Assembly (NCBI RefSeq): GCF_964204645.1
Contig: NC_134025.1
Span: 17,087,101-17,151,100 of the forward strand
Direction: 5' to 3'
Source: Tubulanus polymorphus
Taxonomy: Eukaryota > Animalia > Nemertea
Length of the DNA: 64,000 nucleotides
The notes under the pieces were generated by a model, which was given only the letters and a program-made list of their open reading frames with translations, did not search any database and was not told the origin of the DNA. Shown piece after piece: positions 1 through 11,656 of the stretch (positions within the stretch are counted from its first letter, which is position 1; each line of letters starts with the position of its first letter). Position numbers and translations under genes: made by a program.

Positions 1-473
1 GATACGATATCACCAATAAAGATAGATCATTTTATTCAATTTTACCAGAGTTGTTTATTGGAGGAAAGTATCATTGTTAAGTACGCCGAGAACAACCATG
101 TTGTAATATCAGTTGACTGGCATTGATTGATTGATTGATTGATTTTATTTTCATAGAACATAGTTTAGTATAATAATTTATCTTACAAAATACCACAATG
201 AATTATGAATTATTGTAAAATTCGATTCGGCAATATTCTAATATAAATTTTCTTTTTAGGACGCCCTACCCGCCTGCTGCGCACTCATAAGGCGGTAGCA
301 CCCTCTTACGCACTCGGCAGAGATTCGCTTTGTAATGCGCGTCGGGAAAAAATACCTTTTATTATCTTTTCCATGCGTTAAACAACAGTGATTGAATTTA
401 CGCGTTGTTTGTCGTAAATTACAATATCTCGATGGTTATTTGCCGCTGCTGTAGTTTTTTGGAATTGAATCGA

Positions 474-698
474 GCGGCCTCGGTAGCTCAGTGAGATAAG
501 GCGTGATGCTGTTGTATCCACTATCGATGCTGAGTTACAAGTGGGTTCGAGTCCTGCTGGCTGCGAACAGTGTGCGGGCAACACTTCAAAGGCCGGACCG
601 TCGTGAGGTTAAATGAACAATCCAATAGGAATAGTCTTGGGAAACCAAGATCCAAACGACGTACGTAATGCCAAACAAACAAAAAGACAAACAAACAA
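474..698 (+). mobile_element. tRNA-derived SINE
   Basis: Pol III A-box-like TAGCTCAGTGAG (484-495), B-box GGTTCGAGTCC (544-554), unrelated body, (CAAA)n-type tail at 673-698. Confidence 0.65.
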
Positions 699-1187
699 TC
701 ATCAGCCGGCCTCAGTGACACCAACGCCGGCATCGCTCTCTGCGACGTTTTGCATGCATACATGCATCAGAGCTTGGAGCTCTAAGATCAGAGGGTCTTG
801 CAATTGCATTCAGAAAAATTGTTCTGTTTTTTTTTTCATTATTCAGTGGGGCCTAACAGTTCATGCGTAAAAATGGGTTTTTGTATCCAAATCTTGATTG
901 ATATAAATATCTTGGCTGGGACATGATGGAAAACATCAGAATAAACTAGTTTCGTCTTTTTAACAGAATCGCATTAATGAGGTTTAACAGTACAAATAGC
1001 CTAGGCTAAATCGTTCGGCAAAAAATAAATTCACTTTCAGGAATAAAATCGCACTGGACAAATAGACCTTTAAGTCTGTGGTTCTCCCAATCAACATCGC
1101 CATAGAAGATTTGCCGGCAGATGTAAAACATTATAACCACTTAATACCACAGTATAATCTACCAATGCTTCAAGGCTCGTGGGCCTC

Positions 1188-1377
1188 TTGTTATCAATAT
1201 GTTTAAATAAATATCCACCACCAGTAAATGCTAAAGCGTTAACAATTGCTGATACTATGATAGTTATAATTGCAGATGCCATTTATTTAACATAAAAATT
1301 ACGCATCAATTGGAGGAATATGTTTCTGTTTTTCTAAATAATCAATTGTTAAATTAGATAAAGTAACTGCTAATGTT
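1188..1377 (-). pseudogene. Polinton relic: 5' part of small hydrophobic protein gene (MASAIITII...FKHIDNK)
   Basis: Near-identical to the start and upstream region of ORF 43815..44087; homology is lost after KHID. Confidence 0.8.
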
Positions 1378-2100
1378 AGTATATATTTCGGATATATGTG
1401 AATCCCCCCCAGGGCCCATTAACATACCAAAAATTGGGTCGGTCGGACTCAAGATGGCCGTCCTATGACCACAATCAATTAGAAAGTTGTAGCTCGTAAC
1501 GTGTTCTATGATTGTGGTGAGTTTCAAGGTAATTGGATTTCGTATATGGCCACCAGGGGGCGTTGAATAATACAATATCTTAGCATTTCTTTATTATATT
1601 CGTACCTATGCATATTTTGTAACCACAATCAATTGGAAAGTTGTAGCTCATGACATCATCTATGACTGTTGCGAGTTTTAAGGACATAGGTTTTTCTATA
1701 TGATCACCAGGGGGCGTTGAATAGTAGAATAACTTAGTATTTCCTTATTATATTGGTACCTAGGCATATTTTGTTACCATGATCAATTGCAAAGTTGTAG
1801 TTCATGACATGTTCTATGATTGTGGTGAGTTTTGAGGTCATTGGGTTTTGAATATGGTCACCAGGGGGCCTTGAATAGTAGAATGACTTAGTATTTCCAT
1901 ATTAAATTGGTAACGAGGCATATTTTGTTATCGCAATCAATTACAAAATCGTAGCTGCTGACATGTTCTATGATTGTGGTGAGTTTCAAGGTCATTGGTT
2001 TTTGTAAATGGTCACCAGGGGGCGTTGAATATTGAAATTGTTAGATTGTTGAGCATTTGAAACCACTTCCCAAGTGGGCATGGTGTCCCTGGACCCCTAG
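1378..2100 (+). mobile_element. Non-autonomous Helitron/Helentron-type element with internal 154-bp tandem repeat
   Basis: Repeat anchors at 1471, 1625, 1779 and 1933 (154-bp period); 3' hairpin GGGCATGGTGTCCC then CTAG followed by a T-rich target; interrupts Polinton sequence. Confidence 0.6.
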
Positions 2101-3370
2101 TTTTATTTTTGTTATCATTTCAACATTTATAATATTATTAGTTTCATTTTCATATATTTCAGTTATTATTTTTTAATAACAATAATAAAATCTTCATCTA
2201 ATTCATAAAATTCTCTAATTAAATTTAAATTTTCTCAGTAATTTTTTCTACATCATAGATTTCTTTAATTGTTGTTGTTTCATAAATAAATGTTTCATTA
2301 TAAAATGTAGTATTTCTAATATGAGTTATCACTTCACATATTTCAAATTTCATTTCTTGTTCACGTTTAAACCAAATCCAAAACATATACTCGGTCCAAC
2401 TGTTAAATTCATATTTATATAGTGGAAAATTTATTCTGATGAAATTGAACAATCAATGAAAAATAACTAAAATTTTATTGAACCGGACATAATGTAGAAA
2501 AGGCTTTTTTTTATTTTATGATAAGAATAATATAAAGAATCATTTCTGCGAGTATTGTCGAATAAAATTTGGTTCTGAAAATATATAAGATTGGGAAAAT
2601 CATCAATTTAATGAAGTACATTTAAATAAGATTTCTAATAAATTTGAAACAAAATCTTATGAAAGAAAAAATAATCTATTAGAAAAAAATAAAATATGAG
2701 AAAACGTTATCAAATAATAAAGAAACACTTGAAAAATTAGAAATAAAACAATATCATGGATTAGTAAGAAAAACATATTATTCCAAATATTGTACATTGA
2801 TTATTACAATGAGTAATTCAAATCTACATAATAAAGCAATAAAACATAATGAAAACGTAAGTGAATATCAGAAAAATTAATGTACATCTATTACCAAAAT
2901 TTGAAAGAAAAATGCCTACAATACATTTATGAGTTTACGATTCTATGATATTTTGTAATGAATGTTGTTATGAAAAAGATTTATGGGGCGATGAAAAAAC
3001 AAGAATTTTCGTGTAGAACCAAAATTGAAATATCTAGATGACATTTTTAGAATATTTTCTATAAAAGATTATTCACCAGAATATATGCAATGGCTTGTTG
3101 AAAAAAAAAATGAAAATTATAGAAAATGAAAATCGTAAAAAAACAGAAAAAGATGTGTTAGAAACAATTATTCCATTAGATTTAAACACAAAACTAAAGA
3201 AAATGTATTTACATTTAATATTTAACGATTATTATTATAAAACACCTTAAATAACAAAGGAAGATATGAAAAATATAAAAGAAACATTCTCAAAATATTA
3301 AATTATTACGTGGATAATAAAATAAAAGATTCAATTTTATGAATTCTTTTTAAATAAGATTGTACATTTT
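2101..3370. pseudogene. Polinton relic: decayed homologs of ORF 44329..44673 (minus) and of the Zn-finger and small ORFs at 53673-56137 (plus)
   Basis: Translated remnants HFCEYCRIK..ENI*DWENHQF, CNEC..KDLWGDEKTR and EPKLKYLD match ORFs later in the window; many stops and frameshifts. Confidence 0.75.
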
Positions 3371-4099
3371 AAATCCCAGCGTCCGTCCGTCCGCCCGTAG
3401 ACGTAGTTATTTTGGGAAGTTTTGAAGACGCATCAATGAAATGTCTTGATATTTGCGTTACACATGTATCTACCCAAGACACATCTCAAAAACTGGCCCT
3501 GTCAGAATCAAGATGGCTGACTGGCAGCCATTGTTGTAGATGAAGAATCTGAAGATGATGATTTAGGTGGCGCTCCTGGAGAACCATATGAGTTACCTAC
3601 TTACCAAGTTACCACACATCAATACAAGTGCATTGTTAAGGGCTACTATCCATACACTGCAACCACTATTCATCACCATCGGTTAAGGAACAGTCCCCTC
3701 GTGGCAGTTGTATGAACTAATCATGCAGTGTGGCGTATTACACGGATGTCTATGCACTTAAAACCAAGGTATGATTTTCATAATGGACAGACTGCATTTC
3801 ATGCGAAAAACGGATGCTGAAATGAGTTTTCAAAATTTACACCACCTAGTGGTTAAAATAGGAAGTTATTATGTGAGGGGTTCGAAACGCTACGATCGAA
3901 CATATCAAAGGTCGAAGGTTCGAAAAATAAATTCTCGCACACTCGAATTTATTTTTCGACCCCTCAACCTTTGAAACAGAACAACTAATACCCTATTACT
4001 TCTATATAATCACGAGTCTCATAAATTTACAAGCCTCAACACGTTGAGTATTGCGTAATACATGTTGATTCTAGATGGATGCTTCTAGAAAACTACATT

Positions 4100-4292
4100 A
4101 GCCAATCACAGTTGAGTATTACTCTAGCCAATCACAGTTGAGTATTCCCTATTACTCTATCCAATCACAGTTGAGTATTAATCTATCCAATCACAGTTGA
4201 GTATTCCCTATTACTCTAGCCAATCACAGGCCTGATAATTTACAAGCCTCAACACGCAGCTGGGTTTTCCCCACTGTTGAGTAGTATAAATA
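4100..4292 (+). promoter_or_regulatory. Array of five CCAATCACAG boxes plus TATA-like TATAAATA
   Basis: CCAATCACAG at 4102, 4128, 4161, 4187 and 4220; TATAAATAGG near 4285, about 100 bp upstream of ATG 4388. Confidence 0.45.
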
Positions 4293-4387
4293 GGAGGGAC
4301 GCACACGTGGTGGGACTCATAAGTGGCGGCGGGACGCGTTGAGAGGTAAGTGTTATGTTCAGTTTTAATAAAAAAATTGATATTAAA

Positions 4388-4741
4388 ATGGAGAGTAAAC
4401 AAGCACACCGTGAGAACAACAAATCATTTCTAGATAGAATAAAAGATGTCACAAATGCTAAATCTGTAGATTATAAATTTAAGAAGTTAAATGAATTAAC
4501 AAAACATAAGAAATATTTAATTACAAATATTTATACAGTTACTAATAGATATGGAGATAAATTAGTTATCCACTTAGAATATGAAGGATTAAAGGGAAAT
4601 ACATATAAATTCAGAACATATTTACCAGATAGATTTCATAGATTATCTAGTGAAGATCTAGAAGAATTATGTTCAGGTGATTTCTATTTCATATATAAAG
4701 GTAAGAATGAAAAAGGGCACCATGAAATAGATTTCGAATAA
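4388..4741 (+). CDS. Polinton small hypothetical protein (about 117 aa)
   Basis: Open ORF; homologs at 56444..56755 (KYGEKV..FKVFLPDKW..LSTEEL) and a remnant at 44860-44995. Confidence 0.65.
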   Translation: MESKQAHRENNKSFLDRIKDVTNAKSVDYKFKKLNELTKHKKYLITNIYTVTNRYGDKLVIHLEYEGLKGNTYKFRTYLPDRFHRLSSEDLEELCSGDFYFIYKGKNEKGHHEIDFE

Positions 4742-4781
4742 AATATGTCAAATAAATTTTAATAAAAAATTGGATATTAAA

Positions 4782-5953
4782 ATGGAAGCAAATAAGTACT
4801 ACTGTTCAACATGTAAAATTGATATAGATAAATCCCAAAAATCAAGACATAATAAAACTAAAACACATTTTGAGAATAAATTGAAATTAGAATATAAAGA
4901 TGATATATTGGAAACTAAATTAGATGAATTAAAGAATGAAAAAGAAATATATAAATGTGATACATATAATCAATCATTCAGTGATAAAAGATATTATCAA
5001 GAACATTTAAAATCTAAGTCATATTAGAAACATGAGTAATGATATTTTAGGTGAAGATTATTTTGATAATGATAAGAAACAGAAGACAATTAAAAGAATA
5101 AAAAATAAAATAAACAATAAAAGACCATACATGGAAGATGTAAGAAATTATATTTATTCATTAGATAATAAAAAAGAAATAGAAATAACCGAAGCATTCA
5201 AAAGTGATATTGGTCCAGCTGCAATTGAATCTAAATTTCATAAAGGTAAACATTAGAAGAAAATAAAAAAACATTTAGAAAATATGAGAAATATTATAAG
5301 AATAATTACTGATGTTGAATACCCTAAAATTAGTATATCTTCTAAAGTTAAATTTATAAAATATGAAGATAAACCAATTTATAACATAAATTCTCATTCA
5401 CAACATATTATATCTAAACAACAAATAGATGATAGATTAAATAAATGTTATAATGAAATAAAAAGTAAAATAGAAGAGAAATATTTTGAAGGATCAGGTT
5501 TAATATTTGATGAAATAATATTTATGACTTTACATGTTTATAACACAAAATATAATAAGTTAACTTAATCAAAACCAATTGATGAAAATAATTTATCATA
5601 TTATAAAGATGATAATATAAATGGATCAAGTTATATCAAATTACCATTTCAAACTAATGCTGTTATAAATGTACACAATTCTGATGATAAATGTTTTCTA
5701 TGGACAATTATAAGTTGCTTACATCCAACAGAAGATATTACTCATAGTTTTAGATTAAAAAATTATAAACAATTTGAAAATAATTATAAGATAGATAATT
5801 ATCCTGTTAGAATTAAAAATATCCCAAAAATAGAAAGAGATAATAATATAAAGATAAATGTATTCGATTTAATCAAATTACCAAAAACAAAAGGTAACAA
5901 TATAAAACATTGTACATTAGTACCTTTATACTTATCAAAAGATTATGATTATG
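4782..5953 (+). pseudogene. polB: 5' fragment of protein-primed family B DNA polymerase
   Basis: MEANKYYCSTC Zn finger, FEGSGL, GSSYIKLPF and NSDDKCFLW match PolB at 48615 and 47483; multiple stops. Confidence 0.85.
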
Positions 5954-5959
5954 AAAAAA

Positions 5960-6856
5960 GAGTTAAAATATGGCCGACGACAGGCTGGTACGTTGAAAGC
6001 GCTCCCGGAAATACTAGGATTGGGGCTGATATGTACGATACTCAATGTTGAATGTAGAAACTGGAAATTGATATATGTGTAGCTTACATTTCCTGAAAGT
6101 TTGAAGCCTGAAATATGATTTTAAAACGGTAAATGAAGGAATATTCGGTGAAATTGCGTTTGATATTCAGTATAATATAGCAGTGATCAGCGATCAGTTC
6201 AGTGTCAACTGTCAAAAGCTCACTCAGCTGTCAGTAAACAAAGAGATCAACAGATATGTAATTGGAGAAATTGGATTTTGAAGTCGAAGTTTTTTCAAAC
6301 GGAAAGACTACTCAGAAACTAAAAACTAAAGAGGGTCGTAAACAAGGTCCACCAAATAAAAAAAAGGAAGGAAAGAAGTTTGACGGTGGATTCTGAAATG
6401 TCCGTTGAAGAGGGCATGATGAAGCTTACAAAATCTATAGAAGAAATGAACAAAAAATTGATTCACTAGCTGGAATGAAAACAGAAATACTAGATACCAT
6501 TGATCGTAAATTAGAGAAAATTGGCAACCTTGTCTACCGAACCGAAGAGAGATTATACGATATTGAACAATCGAACAATACGAAGACAACCGAAATCGCT
6601 GAAATTACAGATTCTCAACATTCCGAAGAAATATCCGCGCTAAAAAGTGAAATCGGCGAACTTCGTGCCCAGCTCTCCGAGAGCAAAACGCTAGCAATGA
6701 AAAATAATCAATATTCGTGACGAAATCACATAAGAGTTTTTGGTGTCACCGAGTCCAAAGATGAAAACTATAGATACAATTGTGAATATATTGAATACTA
6801 AATTACACTTAAGCGAAAAGGAGCGATTAAAACTAAGCAGTAGAGGTAGAGGTAGC
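5960..6856 (+). mobile_element. LINE (CR1/L2/L1-like) 5' region and ORF1 N-terminal half
   Basis: Coiled coil followed by NQYS*RNHIRVFGV.ES; joins the ORF1 half at 47715 across the GGTAGC TSD (VEVAHRVPP). Confidence 0.7.
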
Positions 6857-7135
6857 AGTAATAGGGAATAAGTTGTTTCATACCAAAGGTCGAACGGTCG
6901 AGCTCATAAAAAATGAAAAAATAAATTCTCGCACACTCGAATTTATTTTTCATTTTTTACTCGCCCGCCCCTTCAACCTTTGATATGAAACAACTTATTC
7001 CCTATTACTCTTAAAATATTCATATATATGAATAACATATAAATGAATAACTTCTAAAATCAATTTTAATAAAAAATTTGATATTAAAATGGAAGCAAAT
7101 AAGAAGTACTACTGTTCAACATGTAAAATAAATAT
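6857..7135 (+). repeat. Left TIR of element A (first 153 bp self-palindromic)
   Basis: Reverse complement of 47440-47714; includes the first codons of PolB (MEANK..YYCSTCK). Confidence 0.9.
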
Positions 7136-7837
7136 AATATAGGCCTAATACATGTCTCTTATTTTTACAAAAACGCCTGTTGCTATAGTTGCAATAGTGA
7201 CACACGGCGCCTGTTGAGTATGTATTGCGACATAATGAGTCATAATAAACCACAGACGCATAAGATCATTCTGGAAGGCGCGCCCGAACTGAATAGATGG
7301 TGCATATAGGACGTATAGGATATTCTCTCTCGAAACGCAATTAGGAGTTTATAGTTTACAGTTCTAAATCTAAATGTAAGTACTGTTTTTGTAGTTATTA
7401 TGAAGTAGGGAAAGGGGGCTACTAAATATGAAACCTTTAGATATATTTAAGTGTATTTAGTATATCTTTTAGATAACTAGAGTTACCACTAATATCTTTT
7501 AGATTAATAAAATGTCATACGCATCAAGAAGCGATAGAGATACTCAAGATACTCTTTCTGAGGAATAGACAGCAATGGATATCGAACCAATATAAATTGG
7601 TGTAGAACCACAAGAAACACAAAAGATCGACGAAGAAACTATATAAGAATTTCAAAAACATCTAGACTTACTCCAAAAATTCCAATGATTAAGTTTAACA
7701 TTTGTTGATGTAGTTAAATATTTACCGGCAATTGAAAAAATGTTTGTAATTATAAATTTTATATATAGAAATCAAATGATGTATTGGATGAAACGACCGA
7801 ACATACTTGTAAATGTATTGTGTAAATCTGCTTGGTG

Positions 7838-8048
7838 AAATTTCGGTGTTCGGTTGTTTCTATTCGCATAATAAATATATAATTATGATTAGCGCATGCG
7901 CATTAAGCAAAACCGGACATCAATGTCCGCTTTTGCTTAATACGAATGCGTTTGAATTTTCTATGTTCGGTTGTTTCTATTTGCATAATAAATATATAAT
8001 TATGATTAGCGCATGCGCATTGATCAAAACCGGACATCAATGTCCGCA
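7838..8048. repeat. About 120-bp tandem duplication
   Basis: TGTTCGGTTGTTTCTATT...AAAACCGGACATCAATGTCCGC occurs twice. Confidence 0.8.
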
Positions 8049-8532
8049 TGCGACACGGATATTGCAAATGGTATGATTTTGATATCAAGGAACCGAAATG
8101 ACTTATCAAAAGCAGCGAGGAATGAAAAAGGATGACGTTAGTCGAAGATGAACAGACGGAAATTATCAAATAGATTTCAAATAAAAATATAGCTGCAAAG
8201 CAGCGATACCGGGTTTTCTGAGCAGGCGTGCTATTCATAGTTTGAAATGAAGATAATAGAAATATATCAATACGGGATACGCATTTGATGTGTCAAGTCA
8301 CACCAATGCGGTTTAACATAACATAATTTATAGTTATAGTCAAATTGGGGGTTGTTAAGACTAACGACTGGTTAAAATCCCTAACGAGTCGTTACTTAAA
8401 CACTCGTTTAAAGACTGTTTAGATCGGTTGCTCAAAGACTGTTTAAGCCTTTGGTTAACTAACGAGTCGTTATCTTTTTTTTAACTGGTAGTTAAGTCCT
8501 AAACAGTGTTTAGCCTCATTTTCAAAATCAAA

Positions 8533-9682
8533 ATGGCTGCAAACATGGAATCTGTGTCAGTTAAACCTGCTCAACAAAACATTAGAAATAAAAGAAAAAC
8601 TAATTTCAGTGTAAAAGAAATCGATCTGTTAACTAGCCTAGTGAGAGAAAACTACGATTTATTGACCAGCAGCTTCACTAACAGTGTTACAAATCGGAAA
8701 AAAACATGGTAAGTGGGTGGAGATAAGTAAGTCAGTGAGTTCTCTTGGAATTTGTGAGAGGACACCTGCTGCTGTAAAGGAAAAGTGGCGGCAGCTTTGT
8801 GTAATTGCCAAGGCCACAGTAGGAGGCTATCAGCGGGAGAGCCGGAAAACTGGAGGAGGACCTGCACCTACTCAGCCAGCACCAGTTATCAACGAGATTA
8901 TTGCCATTCAAGAAGAGCGAGGGAATCCATCCTTTTTTGGAATAGAAGGTGGTGTGGAAACTACCTTTTTGAGCGATTTAACAACTATTGGTGAGTTAAT
9001 CTATCGTGTATCATTTTATTCAAATACTATTAAAAGGGCTTTTAATGATTTTTGGGTCTAATTTGGTAACATATTTTCAATCGTCTGCTTTTGTTTTGGT
9101 TTCTAGCCAACGACCTTCAGACCGGCTTCTAGTGACTGTGATTTAGTTCGCACATCAGAGCTAATTAAAGCCCTCTGGACTACTGATTATTTAAATGCTT
9201 ACATTTAGATACTTAATGTCTGATATGAAAATCAATGCTAGATTCCGGCCATTATAACTGTTAACTTAGGCAACATGACAGTCATGTACAGCAAAGGTCA
9301 AGAAGAACCTAAAACTACTAGTGGAGGGTGTACCAAAATTGCGGTTACGGATTTGGAATTTGGCTCGGTCCAATTCAATTCTATGTCAATCAGCTTTTTA
9401 TTACCTCATCTTACTCAGTGGGTTGATTTCTCATTTTCAGATGCTTATGAATTACAATCGCTGATTGACAGCCATTCGGAACCAGCGCCGAAAGTTACAG
9501 AGGAGCAAGAGAAGCTGACACCTACGCTGCCGGAGTCAGTAGTAGCAAAACTGCCAAAACGGAGGAAGTTTACCACTGATGACCGATTGCAGCTTCAGTG
9601 CGAGTTGCTGGTTGTCCAGAAAGAAGTGGCAGAACTCCAAAAACAAAAATTACTTCTGGAAATTAGGAAATTAGAAAAATAA
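8533..9682 (+). pseudogene. Harbinger Myb/SANT-like DNA-binding protein (spliced, frameshift near 8700)
   Basis: RKTNFSVKEIDLL...W.EI...RTPAAVKEKW...RKTGGGP; donor GTGAGT at 8991; C-terminal coiled-coil exon 9441-9682. Confidence 0.8.
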
Positions 9683-9781
9683 TTTAAAGATTCCGTTTCA
9701 TGTTTATAATTATCCAATACAACGTATGATTTAATGTTTTTTTCAATTTTATTAAAGATTGTTCCCATGATTAGATTGATT

Positions 9782-11017
9782 TTAGTCATTGAAATGCCTG
9801 GCCGCAAATCTGGCTCTGAATGCCACGCCATCAACATTTGGTGGTGCAAAGACGTCACCAAACTCCATTTCGTCGACGACATCTGCGGGCTCTGGTTCAT
9901 TCAACTGTATAGCTATGTTGTGTAGTATGGCACAGCACAAAATGATCTTACAGACACGTCCGGGTATCATTCTTATTTCTCCGTTTAGAATGTGGAATCG
10001 GCGTTTAAAGATTCCAAAAGCCCTTTCTATGATGCTTCTGGTACTTTTATGAGAGTCGTTGTACCTTCTCTCTGCCCTTGAGTGCGGATGTAAAAACGGA
10101 GTAAGCAGAAACCTCCGGCACGCATATCCACTATCTCCTAAAATGATGCCATCATATTCTGGATGTGCTTCCAAATATCTAAGAAAGAAAAAATCAGCCA
10201 TCCCTAAATCAAGTTGTGAGTTATAGATGGTGAATGGTTCTAAGCTTCAATAAGAAAAGATTCCAATGATTGATAGCAATTCTCAGTCAAATGGACTTTT
10301 TCTTAGATTTCGACTCATGGGAAAATTATTTTCCTTCTGGTTTTTCCAATAACGTAACACTTAAAAATATGCAAGAATTGATCTCTGTGAAAAGTTATTT
10401 TTATAGTTCATAAATTACAGAAACAAGGGAGGGCGAACACATAGTTCAAGTGAGACGGAGACATTCATACCTGCTGATTGGAGATGATCGGAATATATGA
10501 CTATCATGAGTCGATCCAGGCCATTTTGCAATGATGTTGGTAAATCTTGCTGGAAAGAAGAAAAACAGCGTGATCAATAGGCCTACTAATAGACATTTTT
10601 TACGTATAATGACTGAGGGTTAAGTTTGACACAAACATAAGTAGGGTATGCTTCATGATGGTAGACCTATCTTGGGATTCGAACCAGTATTGAAGCGGGG
10701 AAGATTAGGGACTGTATAGTGGCGCCTTCTACTGTAATGCTAAGACTGAGATAAAACTGTCGCTTGCTGCATCTAGTCGCAAGTACCCGGAAATATATAA
10801 ATTACGGGAGAAACAAAACATTAACTGGGAATAATATTTTACCTTTGTGATCACATATTGCCTGAACATTGATGCTATGAAAGCTCTTTCTGTTGACGAA
10901 AGCTGGCTCATTTTCTGTTGGAGCCTGAATGCGAATGTGCGTACAGTCGACGGCACCAACAACGTTCGGAAATCCGGCCAGATCATAAAAGCCTCTCTTC
11001 AGGTCATTCAAATCGTC
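9782..11017 (-). pseudogene. HARBI1-like DDE transposase, 3 exons, 5'-truncated
   Basis: Exons 11017-10843, 10549-10471 and 10178-9782 with phase-compatible GT-AG introns; motifs [37 protein letters not shown]. Confidence 0.9.
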
Positions 11018-11424
11018 AGTAATAGGGGTAATGGGCTTTCAAATCAAAGGTCGAACGGTCGAGCTCATTAAAAAACAAAACATTAAAAGTAATTTAAAAC
11101 TATAATATATTTTCATAACCGTGTGCATTTTATATTATAACTAAATATTTATTCTAAGATATCAATAATTTAAATTTTAAATGCATATTGTATTAAATCA
11201 ATTGGTCGCTCCACTTCGCTACCGCTCCGCGACCAATTGATTTATTTACAATACACAAATTCATATAATCAAATATATTTTAATAATAATTATTATTCTA
11301 TTATTCAACTGAAATACACACGGTTATGAAAATATATTATAGTTTTAAATTACTTTTAATGTTTTGTTTTTTAATGAGCTCGACCATTCAACCTTTTACC
11401 TGAAAGCCCATTACCCCTATTACT
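11018..11424. repeat. 407-bp terminal palindrome of element B
   Basis: AGTAATAGGGGTAATGGGCTTTCA...TGAAAGCCCATTACCCCTATTACT with long complementary arms and a central CAATTGGTCGC...GCGACCAATTG stem. Confidence 0.9.
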
Positions 11425-11656
11425 CTTAAAATAATCATATACATGAATAACATATAAATTGACAGATTATTCAATATAAAAGTGTGAGCTCTTATAGAAT
11501 ATATAGATAGATATATTTACAACATTATTTCAATATTTATATTTGTATGAGTTAGATTTTTAAACATTAAAAGTGTTAGTAAAGTGTGATTGAAATAATA
11601 CATATTTAAATCATTGAGCTTCTAAAATCAATTTAGTAAAAAAATATGTATAATAA

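Larger units (their letters stand above)
3860..5955 (+). mobile_element. Truncated Polinton arm (degenerate fold-back terminus, CCAAT array, small ORF, 5' of PolB)
   Basis: 3900-4000 resembles the terminal hairpin at 6857-7009 (AAATAAATTCTCGCACACTCGAATTTATTT; CCCTATTACT); followed by Polinton genes; cut by LINE sequence near 5955. Confidence 0.75.
8345..11017. mobile_element. PIF/Harbinger DNA transposon, truncated by a Polinton end
   Basis: Convergent Myb/SANT-like and HARBI1-like genes; TAACGAGTCGTTA subterminal repeats at 8380-8475; left TIR not pinned. Confidence 0.85.

Noticed and set aside
474-566. tRNA gene
   Set aside because: A and B boxes are present but there is no convincing cloverleaf or anticodon arm, and a body plus simple-repeat tail follows; better explained as a SINE
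3376-3540. Separate GTCC-microsatellite element
   Set aside because: Resembles a Helentron-associated fragment but is too short, with undefined ends, to call
11012-11017. Matching TSD (ATCGTC) and right end for element B
   Set aside because: I found no CCCTATTACT followed by ATCGTC and no 5' part of the Harbinger transposase; probably deleted
9595-11071. Overlapping ORFs 9595, 9734, 9789, 10729 and 10847
   Set aside because: Antisense or alternate-frame shadows of the Harbinger genes
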